The position numbers and the translations under genes were made by a program. DNA of 64,000 bases from Halomarina oriensis (GTDB lineage Archaea > Halobacteriota > Halobacteria > Halobacteriales > Haloarculaceae). Below are positions 26,306 to 33,745 of the stretch, one piece after another (position 1 is the stretch's first letter; each line of letters begins with the position of its first letter). The notes beneath the pieces are model-generated. The model was not told the origin of the DNA, ran no database searches, and saw nothing but the letters and a program-made list of their open reading frames with translations. The stretch is taken from contig NZ_WSZK01000023.1 in the NCBI RefSeq assembly GCF_009791395.1, forward strand, positions 22,665 to 86,664, given 5' to 3'.

Positions 26306-27025
26306 CTACTTGACGCTCGCGTCCCAGTACGACACCGAGGCGAGGCGCTGGCCGACGGTGCTGTCGCCGACGGCGAGGTCCATCCGTCGGAACGGTTCGG
26401 CGATGTCGTTCGGAATCGCTCGGTAGAAGCCGTAGGGGAGCAGGAAGTCGTGTTCCTCGTGTCGGAGTCGAAGCCCCGCCCCGTGGAGCAGTCTGAGCAC
26501 CTCGCTCTCGGCGTAGAGCCGCGACCCCATCGGGAGCGCCCAGTTGTAGATGGAGCGCGTCGAGAGACTGTTGAACGTGTCGAAGAACACCTGGTCCTTC
26601 GAGACACGGCACATCTCCGAGAGGAACGAGGCGGGGGTGTCCGCGAGGTGGAAGAAGCGCATGGCGAACACCGCGTCGAAGTAGTCGTCGGGGAACGGCA
26701 GGCGGGCGGCGTCGCCACGCATGAACTGGAGGTGGTCGGCGACCCCGGCACGCTTCGCTTTCTCCCGGCCCTGCTGGAGCATCTCTTCGGAGATGTCCAG
26801 ACCGGTGATGTCCGCGCCGCGTTCGGCGAGCATCACGGTGAACCGACCGGTTCCGCAGGCGATTTCGAGGACACGCTTGTCGTCGAGGGGTGACAGCGCG
26901 TCGAGGACGGCGCGCTTCTCGCGGTCGTCGATGAGTCGGCCACCGCGGGAGAACCGCTTGTCGTCGTACTCCTCGGCCACCTCGTCGGCCTGATACCACT
27001 CCTGGCCCTTCACTACGTGCACCAA
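26306..27025 (-). CDS. Class I SAM-dependent methyltransferase, 239 aa
   Basis: Motif I VLEIACGTGRFT, motif post-I DISEEM, Rossmann-fold spacing. Confidence 0.8.
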   Translation of the reverse strand: MVHVVKGQEWYQADEVAEEYDDKRFSRGGRLIDDREKRAVLDALSPLDDKRVLEIACGTGRFTVMLAERGADITGLDISEEMLQQGREKAKRAGVADHLQFMRGDAARLPFPDDYFDAVFAMRFFHLADTPASFLSEMCRVSKDQVFFDTFNSLSTRSIYNWALPMGSRLYAESEVLRLLHGAGLRLRHEEHDFLLPYGFYRAIPNDIAEPFRRMDLAVGDSTVGQRLASVSYWDASVK

Positions 27026-27073
27026 CCTCGGCGGTCCATAAAACGGTACTGGATTGTCGGATTCGACGACCGG

Positions 27074-27472
27074 TCAGGAGGTCACTACCTCGTCGGTCGA
27101 GATACGGAGGATCACTCGCGGATGCTCCTCCCCGTCGCGGTTCGGGTACTCCTCGACGTCGAAGTACCGCTGGGCGAGGGCGTCGATGTGTTCGTCGGCC
27201 CCCGCCTCGACCATCTCGACGACCTCCCCCCGGACCGAGACGAACCGATAGGGGTCGTCCGGGTCGACCATGCTGACCCCCACCTTCGGGTCGCGCTGGA
27301 CGTTCTTCTCCTTTCGCCGCCGTCGTTCGGTGTTGACGAGGAGGTGGCCCGACTCGGCGTCGTAGTCGACCCACACCGGCGTCACCTGCGGCGTGCCGTC
27401 GGGCATCAGCGTGGCGAAGTGTGCGAACGTCTGCTTCTCGAAGAGGTCGTGGAACGCCTCCGGGATTGCCAT
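27074..27472 (-). CDS. Pyridoxamine 5'-phosphate oxidase-family (PPOX-class flavin/F420-binding split-barrel) protein, 132 aa
   Basis: Split-barrel pattern FAHFATLMPDGTPQVTPVW...VRGEV. Internal Met MAIPEAF. Confidence 0.65.
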   Translation of the reverse strand: MAIPEAFHDLFEKQTFAHFATLMPDGTPQVTPVWVDYDAESGHLLVNTERRRRKEKNVQRDPKVGVSMVDPDDPYRFVSVRGEVVEMVEAGADEHIDALAQRYFDVEEYPNRDGEEHPRVILRISTDEVVTS

Positions 27473-27651
27473 GACCCGTCTACACACCCCCGGAGCAAAG
27501 CCGTTCGGTCGAGCGCGACCCCCCGAGAGTCACCGCCAAGCGGCGTGACAGCCGAGCAGTATATAAGGTCGTATGGATTCCTTACAGAGTTGGTATTGTA
27601 CTGATTCCCCTATAGCGAAGCTTTACACGGCAGATTGCCCCTCGTCGTGGT

Positions 27652-27948
27652 ATGAGCACGCACGCGGAGGAGCGGGTTGCCGAAGAGCAGGTCGCGGAAG
27701 AAGAGGAGAGCCCGTTCACGGACACCGACTTCAGGGACCGACTGCAGGAACTCCCACCGAGCGCGAAGCTGGTGGCGAAGGTTCTGGAAGGAGAAGCACC
27801 GCTCTCGCAGGGCGAACTCGCCTCCGAGTCGCTGCTGCCGGACCGGACGGTTCGGTACGCGCTGAACCGACTCGCGGAGGCCGACCTCGTCGAGTCCCGC
27901 TACAGCTTCCGCGACGCGCGCAAGCAGGTCTACTTCCTCTCGGCGTAA
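27652..27948 (+). CDS. Small winged-helix transcriptional regulator with acidic N-terminus, 98 aa
   Basis: HTH LSQGELASESLLPDRTVRYALNRLAEADLVE. An AT-rich putative promoter region (27540-27650) contains GTATATAAGG. Confidence 0.6.
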   Translation: MSTHAEERVAEEQVAEEEESPFTDTDFRDRLQELPPSAKLVAKVLEGEAPLSQGELASESLLPDRTVRYALNRLAEADLVESRYSFRDARKQVYFLSA

Positions 27949-27992
27949 CGCCGTCCGCCGTCTTTACTTCGGAGCCACACCCACACCGAGCC

Positions 27993-28805
27993 ATGCCGAT
28001 TCGGAGCTTCGGCGGGCCACACGCCATCGACGTCGAGACGGCCGCCCCCGAGGGGGCGACGAACTGCTACGTCGTCGACGACGAGGCGGCCCTGCTCGTC
28101 GACCCCGCCGGACGCGACGAGGGTCTGGAGACCCTACTCCAGGACGCGGGCGTCGACGTCGGACACGTCGCCGTCACCCACCACCACCCGGACCACGTCG
28201 GCGCGGTGGCGTGGGTGGCCGAGGCCACCGACGCCACCGTCTGGTGTCGGACCGGCCGCGAACGGGCGTTCGAGGGCGCGACGGGGGTCGCTGCCGACCG
28301 GACGTTCCACGAGGGGACGCGCATCGAGACGGGCAACGGGGCGGTGACCGTCCTCGACACCCCAGGCCACGCCCCCGAACACGTCGCGTTCTCGTTTTCC
28401 GACCCCGAGGGGGCCGGCGAGGCGGTGCTCTCCGGTGACCTCGCCGTCGCCGAGGGAAGCGTCGTCGTCGGTGCCCCCGAGGGCGACCTGCGAGCGTACC
28501 TCACCTCGCTCCGGCGACTCCACGCCCGACACCCCGACCGACTCCTCCCCGGTCACGGCCCGGTCGTCGGGACACCGCGCGAGACGCTGCGACGCCTCCT
28601 CGGTCACCGTCTCGACCGCGAGGAGCGCGTCCTGACCGCCGTCGGGTCGGGAGCGAGGACCGTCGGCGAGGTGACCGACGCCGCCTACGAGAAGGACGTC
28701 TCGCACGTCCGGAGTCTGGCGGAGGCGACGGTTCGCGCCCATCTGGAGAAACTCGCCGTCGAAGCCCGCGTCGTGTTCGACGGCGAGCGAGCGACACCCA
28801 CCTGA
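27993..28805 (+). CDS. MBL-fold metallo-hydrolase, 270 aa
   Basis: HxHxDH motif THHHPDHVGA, downstream His/Asp ligands, beta-lactamase-fold spacing. Internal Met MPIRSF of listed ORF 27573..28805. Confidence 0.8.
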   Translation: MPIRSFGGPHAIDVETAAPEGATNCYVVDDEAALLVDPAGRDEGLETLLQDAGVDVGHVAVTHHHPDHVGAVAWVAEATDATVWCRTGRERAFEGATGVAADRTFHEGTRIETGNGAVTVLDTPGHAPEHVAFSFSDPEGAGEAVLSGDLAVAEGSVVVGAPEGDLRAYLTSLRRLHARHPDRLLPGHGPVVGTPRETLRRLLGHRLDREERVLTAVGSGARTVGEVTDAAYEKDVSHVRSLAEATVRAHLEKLAVEARVVFDGERATPT

Positions 28806-28863
28806 GTCACACGGCGTCTCGCGCGAACGTCGGCCTTTTGCCCGGTCACCACGGAGCGGACCC

Positions 28864-29694
28864 ATGGAGTCACTGGAGTCGGAACTCGACCGGGCGCGTA
28901 CCCTCTCGGTGAGCGACCTCGCCGACGCCATCGAGTCCATCGGCTTCGAGTGCACCCGCTGTGGGGCGTGCTGCAAGGGCTACGACGACGAGGACGGCGA
29001 ACACGAACCCCACACCGCGACCGTGTTCCCCGAGGAGGTACGGACGCTGACGGACGCGGCCGACGACGGGGACGAGTCGGGCGACTCGGGAGGCACTGGG
29101 ACGACGTCGGACTCCAGCGCGGACACGTCACGGGAGTCACGGCACGACGGGGGCACGCCGGACCCTCGTCCAGGGGACGAACGAGCGTGGCGCGACGTCG
29201 CTCGCCCGATGCCCTACGGCCTCCACGAGGGACCGGACGGTCCCGAGGGCGAGACGTTCGAGTGGGCGCTCCAGACCGACGGCTGTGGGGACTGTACGTT
29301 CTACGCCGAGGGCGACGACGGCCGCGGAGCCTGCACGGTCCACGAGTCGCGGCCGCTCATCTGCAGGACCTACCCGTTCAGCGTCGCGCTCGCGGGGACG
29401 AGTCAGCCGATGGGCGAGGTGGTCGAGAGCGTCGCGCTCCCGGCGCGACGAGAGGTCGACGACCCCGACGAACCGGACGGCGTCGTCCGCGCACACGAGT
29501 GTGAGGGACTCGGCCGTGACATCTCGCGGGCCGACGCCGAGGAACTGGCGGCCGCACTGCAGGAGCGAGCGGTCCGGGAACTGGAGGAGGCCATCGCCGT
29601 TCGGGACAACTACGAGACGGTCGACCGCAGTCCGGGCGACGTCGTCGTCCACGACTCCGAGGGCGCGAAACGGCCCGACGGCACCCCGTGGTAA
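28864..29694 (+). CDS. YkgJ/UPF0153-family Fe-S or zinc-cluster protein (CxxCxxCC motif), 276 aa
   Basis: CTRCGACCKG N-terminal motif and second Cys cluster DGCGDCTFY...CTVHESRPLICRTYPF, typical of PF03692. Confidence 0.7.
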   Translation: MESLESELDRARTLSVSDLADAIESIGFECTRCGACCKGYDDEDGEHEPHTATVFPEEVRTLTDAADDGDESGDSGGTGTTSDSSADTSRESRHDGGTPDPRPGDERAWRDVARPMPYGLHEGPDGPEGETFEWALQTDGCGDCTFYAEGDDGRGACTVHESRPLICRTYPFSVALAGTSQPMGEVVESVALPARREVDDPDEPDGVVRAHECEGLGRDISRADAEELAAALQERAVRELEEAIAVRDNYETVDRSPGDVVVHDSEGAKRPDGTPW

Positions 29695-29734
29695 GTTCTT
29701 TGTTCCTCGACGGTGAGGGTTCGCCCGAAGCTCT

Positions 29735-30127
29735 ATGGAAATCTCAGAGAAGCTCCTGTGTCTGTTTAGTGCGGACGTCTCTACGGAGGGCGACCGCTAT
29801 ATCGTCGAGGTGCCGCGGCGCGAAATCGAGACCGGGTCGGTCGACCCCGACGAGACCTACCGGGTCGCACTCATCGCCACGAGCGAGGGGACGACCGAAG
29901 AGGAGACGGCGAGTGCGACGACCGCACCCGGCGAACCGCAACCGCCCGTCGAGATCGGCGAGGTTCGCTACGTCGAGGTCGAGGACCTGGGCAAGCAGGG
30001 CGACGGCATCGCACGCGTCGAACGCGGCTACGTCATCATCGTCCCCGACGCCGAGGTCGGCGAGCGAGTGAAAATAGAGGTGACGGAGGTCAAGTCGAAC
30101 TTCGCGGTCGGCGAAATCATCGAGTGA
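29735..30127 (+). CDS. TRAM-domain protein (C-terminal OB-fold TRAM), 130 aa
   Basis: C-terminal GEVRYVEVEDLGKQGDGIARVERGYVIIVPDAEVGERVKIEVTEVKSNFAVGEII matches the TRAM consensus. Confidence 0.72.
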   Translation: MEISEKLLCLFSADVSTEGDRYIVEVPRREIETGSVDPDETYRVALIATSEGTTEEETASATTAPGEPQPPVEIGEVRYVEVEDLGKQGDGIARVERGYVIIVPDAEVGERVKIEVTEVKSNFAVGEIIE

Positions 30128-30438
30128 CGCGACCGCTCGTCTACTGGCGGGCACGCTCGTCCTGTAAACTCCGACCAAACGGTATCCACAGCGGTTCTCA
30201 CGACGACGCTCGACGAGACGCTCACCGCGACCGACCGGTCGCGTAAGGAGAGCCTAGCTCCGACGCCCGACCGCCGGGCCGGCGGAGCGCTTCCCCGGTC
30301 GAACGGGTTGCCTCCGTGTACCAGCCAGCGGGGAATCGGCCGTCCGCTGGGGCCGGTTCGAGGCCAGAACCGCACGACAGCGCCGTGTTAACCCACCGTA
30401 CCAAACTCCCTTTACGTCACTGGTGCTTCGGGTGGAAC

Positions 30439-30675
30439 ATGAGCACGAGCGCGACGACGACCACGACGATGAGCGAGAAACAGCGGCGCATCGCCCGATT
30501 CCTGGAGGAGAACGCCGCCACGAAGACGTACTTCAAATCGCGGCTCATCGGCGACGAACTCGACATGAGTGCGAAGGAGGTCGGGGCGAACATGCGTGCG
30601 GTCCGGGACGCCAGCACGCTCACCATCGAGAAGTGGGGCTACTCCTCGGGGACGACCTGGAAGGTCACGGCGTAG
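30439..30675 (+). CDS. Small putative HTH protein (about 78 aa; alternative start MSEKQRRIARFLEEN)
   Basis: Internal Met of listed ORF 30316..30675. Helix-turn-helix-like SRLIGDELDMSAKEVGANMRAV. Confidence 0.4.
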   Translation: MSTSATTTTTMSEKQRRIARFLEENAATKTYFKSRLIGDELDMSAKEVGANMRAVRDASTLTIEKWGYSSGTTWKVTA

Positions 30676-30721
30676 CACTGCGGCAAGCGGCGACGACAGG
30701 TGGCGAGAACGAGCGACGCGC

Positions 30722-31336
30722 TCACGGGTCGTAGGTGAACAGCGACGCGGCGTCGTCGGCCAGCGCCTTCGTGGCGTCGTCGAAGGAGTCGGCGTAGCGA
30801 ACGAGCAGCGTGAGGAGGAGTTCGGGCTGTTCGACGCTGTAGCCGCCCTCACGGTCCAGCAGCCCTGCGGTTTCGAGTTCCTTCGCGTACTTGCTCACGG
30901 TCGGCCGCGAGACGTCGAGCGTCGCCGCAAGGTCGCTGCCCGTCGCCGTCGGATCGCGCAACAGCGCGACGAGCATTCCACGTGGCGTGTCACGGCGCAG
31001 GTAGCCCAGCGCCCGTTTCTCGAACGTCGAGAACCGACCCGCGGAGACGTAGCGGCGGTACTCGCCGTCCTTGAACGACTCGACCCCACCGGCGTCGACG
31101 AGTCGGCGGAGGTGGTGTTGGGTCTCGCCGGTCCCCAGCGACAGGTCGTCACGGATCTTCGAGAAGTGTGCGCCGGGGGTGGTGGAGAGGTAGCCGGCGA
31201 TGGCGTCGCGTGCGGGGCTCTCCGTTCCGGAACTGTCCGCGAGTCGAGCGAGTGGCCCCGCGGCCCCGAGCGCGGCGAACCGTCTCAGGGTCGCACGCTT
31301 CTCCTCGTCCACTCCCGTTCCTGACTCGCCGGTCAC
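30722..31336 (-). CDS. Winged-HTH transcriptional regulator (two-domain ArsR/TrmB-like), 204 aa
   Basis: HTH segments GAHFSKIRDDLSLGTGETQHHLRRLVDAGGV and GSDLAATLDVSRPTVSKYAKELETAGLL. Confidence 0.6.
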   Translation of the reverse strand: MTGESGTGVDEEKRATLRRFAALGAAGPLARLADSSGTESPARDAIAGYLSTTPGAHFSKIRDDLSLGTGETQHHLRRLVDAGGVESFKDGEYRRYVSAGRFSTFEKRALGYLRRDTPRGMLVALLRDPTATGSDLAATLDVSRPTVSKYAKELETAGLLDREGGYSVEQPELLLTLLVRYADSFDDATKALADDAASLFTYDP

Positions 31337-31381
31337 GGTAACTCCTTGTAGAGACGACAGTAAAACCGCTTCGGCCCGAGA

Positions 31382-32659
31382 CTACTCCGACTCGGGTTCG
31401 GGTTCGCGCTCGGTGTCGGCCGACTCCGTGGCTTCCGACGCGTCTGCGCCGTCCGAGGCACCGTTCGTTCCGGAGTCGTCGGGCGAGTCCATCGCGGGGC
31501 CGCCCATCTCCGAGTCCATCTCCTGGATGACCTCGTCGGGGTCCTTGATGTCGGCGGTGTCCTCGCCGGACTTGATGGCCTGAGCCTCCTGTTCCATCTG
31601 CTCGACGTCCATCTCGGCGGCGTCGTCGATCTGGCCGAGGATCTCCTCGATGTCGTCGAGACCCAGCATCTCGCGGGTCTCCTCGTCGAAGTTCAGGCTG
31701 TCGAGGGAGGTCCCGTTGGTGGCCGTCGCCACGTCGCTCCCGGAGAGGTGCTTGCCGTAGCGCCCCACGAGCGAGGTGAGTTCCTGCGGGAGGACGAACG
31801 TCGTCGACTCGCTGGTCCCGATGTCGCTGAGCGTCTCCATGCCCTTCTCGATGATGGCCCGCTCGCCCATCGACTCGGCGGACTTCGCACGGAGGACGGT
31901 CGAGATGGCGTCACCCTGTGCTTCGAGGATCTGGGACTGCTTCTCACCCTGTGCGCGGATGATGTTCGACTGCTTCTCACCCTCCGCGGTCTCGACGGCG
32001 GAGCGGCGTTCACCCTGCGCTTCGAGGATCATCGCACGGCGACGGCGCTCGGCGGAGGTCTGTTGCTCCATCGCCTGCTGGACGTCGGCGCTCGGGTTGA
32101 CCTCACGCACCTCGACGGACTCGACGCGGACCCCCCACTCGTCGGTGGGTTCGTCGAGTTCCTTGCGGATGCGGGCGTTGATCTCCTGGCGCTTGTTGAG
32201 CGTGTCGTCGAGTTCCATGTCACCCAGGACGGCACGGAGGGTGGTCTGGGCGAGGTTGGAGACGGCGCGCTTGTAGTCGTCGACTTCGAGGAACGCCTTC
32301 TTGGCGTCCATCACCTTGATGTAGACGACGGCGTCGGCGGTCACGGGCGAGTTGTCGCGCGTGATGGCCTCCTGTCGGGGGACGTCGAGCGTCTGGGTCC
32401 GCATGTCGAACGCGTACGTTCGGGAGACGAACGGCCAGACGAAGTTGATACCCGGTTCGAGCAGGCGCTGGTACTCACCGAAGCGCGTGTAGGCACGCTT
32501 CTCGGTCGCCTGGACGATTTCGATGGCGCTGTACACCGCCGCGATGGCGATGAGCAACACCACGAGCCCCACGAACGTGAGGACCACACTCGCGCCTTGC
32601 AGCGGTACGACGGGGAACATACCTTGAGGTTTGGTGAGCGGTGTCAAAAACGTTCGCAC
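31382..32659 (-). CDS. SPFH/Band-7 (stomatin/prohibitin-like) membrane protein with long acidic C-terminal tail, 425 aa (alternative start at 32620)
   Basis: N-terminal TM then SPFH core (RFGEYQRLLEPGINFVWPFV ... TRDNSPVTADAVVYIKV) and coiled-coil EAQGE repeats. Confidence 0.85.
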   Translation of the reverse strand: MRTFLTPLTKPQGMFPVVPLQGASVVLTFVGLVVLLIAIAAVYSAIEIVQATEKRAYTRFGEYQRLLEPGINFVWPFVSRTYAFDMRTQTLDVPRQEAITRDNSPVTADAVVYIKVMDAKKAFLEVDDYKRAVSNLAQTTLRAVLGDMELDDTLNKRQEINARIRKELDEPTDEWGVRVESVEVREVNPSADVQQAMEQQTSAERRRRAMILEAQGERRSAVETAEGEKQSNIIRAQGEKQSQILEAQGDAISTVLRAKSAESMGERAIIEKGMETLSDIGTSESTTFVLPQELTSLVGRYGKHLSGSDVATATNGTSLDSLNFDEETREMLGLDDIEEILGQIDDAAEMDVEQMEQEAQAIKSGEDTADIKDPDEVIQEMDSEMGGPAMDSPDDSGTNGASDGADASEATESADTEREPEPESE

Positions 32660-32692
32660 TGTCAGGTCGCTCTCGGGACGTATCGACAGCCG

Positions 32693-33283
32693 TCAGGCGG
32701 TCTCGCGTTCCTCGTCGCGTTCGGAGCTCTCCGAGTCGCCCCCGGTAGTTCCTTTCTGCTCGCGGTCACGTCGAAGCTGGCGGTCGATTGAGTCCTCGAC
32801 GGCGTCGACCGGTTCGACGGTGATGACGTTCCCCCCACCGGGGTCGACGACCATCACCTCCGTCCCCTCGGGAATCTCGCCCTCCATCGACCGGGCGCGG
32901 TAGTAGGGGTTGAACCCGCCCGCGTCGAGTTTCACCTCGCCGTCGCTGGTGGAGACGCGCTCGGTCACGCGACCCGTCGTCCCCTTCAGCGAGTCCGAAT
33001 CGCGGGTCCGACTCGACCCGCCGCTCCCGTAGACGTCGTACTCCCGGAACGCGTAGAACGTCGCCGCGCCCGCGACGAGCATCGAGAGCGTCATCGCCAG
33101 CAGACCGACCAGCCCCGCTCCGAAGACGAGGCCGACCAGCCCCGCGACCAGGAGCGCGACACCCAGGACGACGAACTGTGCGCCGGGAGCGACGGCCTCC
33201 GCCACGATGAGGCCCGTCCCGGCGAGCAACAGCAACACCGGGACGGAGAGACCGAATATCTCGCCGAGCTGGAGGACTTCCAT
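32693..33283 (-). CDS. NfeD-family membrane protein (membrane anchor plus C-terminal OB-fold), 196 aa
   Basis: Multi-TM N-terminus and short C-terminal beta domain. Canonical gene order NfeD then SPFH. Confidence 0.8.
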   Translation of the reverse strand: MEVLQLGEIFGLSVPVLLLLAGTGLIVAEAVAPGAQFVVLGVALLVAGLVGLVFGAGLVGLLAMTLSMLVAGAATFYAFREYDVYGSGGSSRTRDSDSLKGTTGRVTERVSTSDGEVKLDAGGFNPYYRARSMEGEIPEGTEVMVVDPGGGNVITVEPVDAVEDSIDRQLRRDREQKGTTGGDSESSERDEERETA

Positions 33284-33316
33284 AGGCTACCCTACGGACG
33301 GTTCCCGATTAACGCT

Positions 33317-33386
33317 TCGCCCGGTGGTGCGTGCGGTCACATGCTGACGCCTCGCCCGGTGGTGCGTGCGGTCACGTGCTGACGTC
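33317..33386. repeat. Tandem direct repeat, 2 x 35 nt (TCGCCCGGTGGTGCGTGCGGTCAC[A/G]TGCTGACG[C/T]C), 33/35 identical
   Basis: Read directly: unit A 33317-33351, unit B 33352-33386. Lies in the promoter region immediately upstream of the nfeD-SPFH operon (minus strand). Confidence 0.85.
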
Positions 33387-33431
33387 TCGGTCAGGGACGG
33401 CAGTCGGTGTCCCGGTGACCGCCCGTGTCTC

Positions 33432-33668
33432 TCAGACGACGAGCAGCGCGAAGATGCCGACCATCGTCACGGCCCCGACCAGCACGAAGAAGGCGTTCTC
33501 GGCGGTGACCGGTTGCGGTTCGGGGTCGGCGAACGCGCCGTCGTTGCGCCCGAGGACGCCCTCGCCCTCCGACTCGCCGTCGGCCGTCGAGTCGCGGCGT
33601 TCGTCGGCCGTCGACGCCTCCGGTCCGACCTCGTCGGTGCTGAACCGCCACTCGTCGTCGTCGCTCAT
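33432..33668 (-). CDS. Small tail-anchored acidic protein (acidic N-terminus, C-terminal TM FFVLVGAVTMVGIFALLVV), 78 aa
   Basis: GC3-rich. The competing plus-strand frames are Arg-rich junk. Confidence 0.45.
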   Translation of the reverse strand: MSDDDEWRFSTDEVGPEASTADERRDSTADGESEGEGVLGRNDGAFADPEPQPVTAENAFFVLVGAVTMVGIFALLVV

Positions 33669-33745
33669 GGGACGTACTACGACGCCACGTCGAAAAAGCT
33701 GTCCGCTCGGTCACGTGCTCGGCAAGGGCGGTGTGACGACCCGTC

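Noticed and set aside
26127-27374. 415-aa minus-strand Arg-rich ORF
   Set aside because: Alternate frame over the methyltransferase and PPOX genes. No domain features.
30337-30356. tRNA T-arm-like hairpin GGCC-GGTTCGA-GGCC
   Set aside because: Only a 4-bp stem, and the loop is offset from the TTCRANY register. No acceptor or anticodon arms are foldable around it. Not a tRNA.
30722-31336. Twin-arginine-like LRRFAALGAAG near the N-terminus of the HTH regulator
   Set aside because: The protein is otherwise a soluble two-domain wHTH regulator with no hydrophobic h-region long enough for a Tat signal. Probably coincidental.
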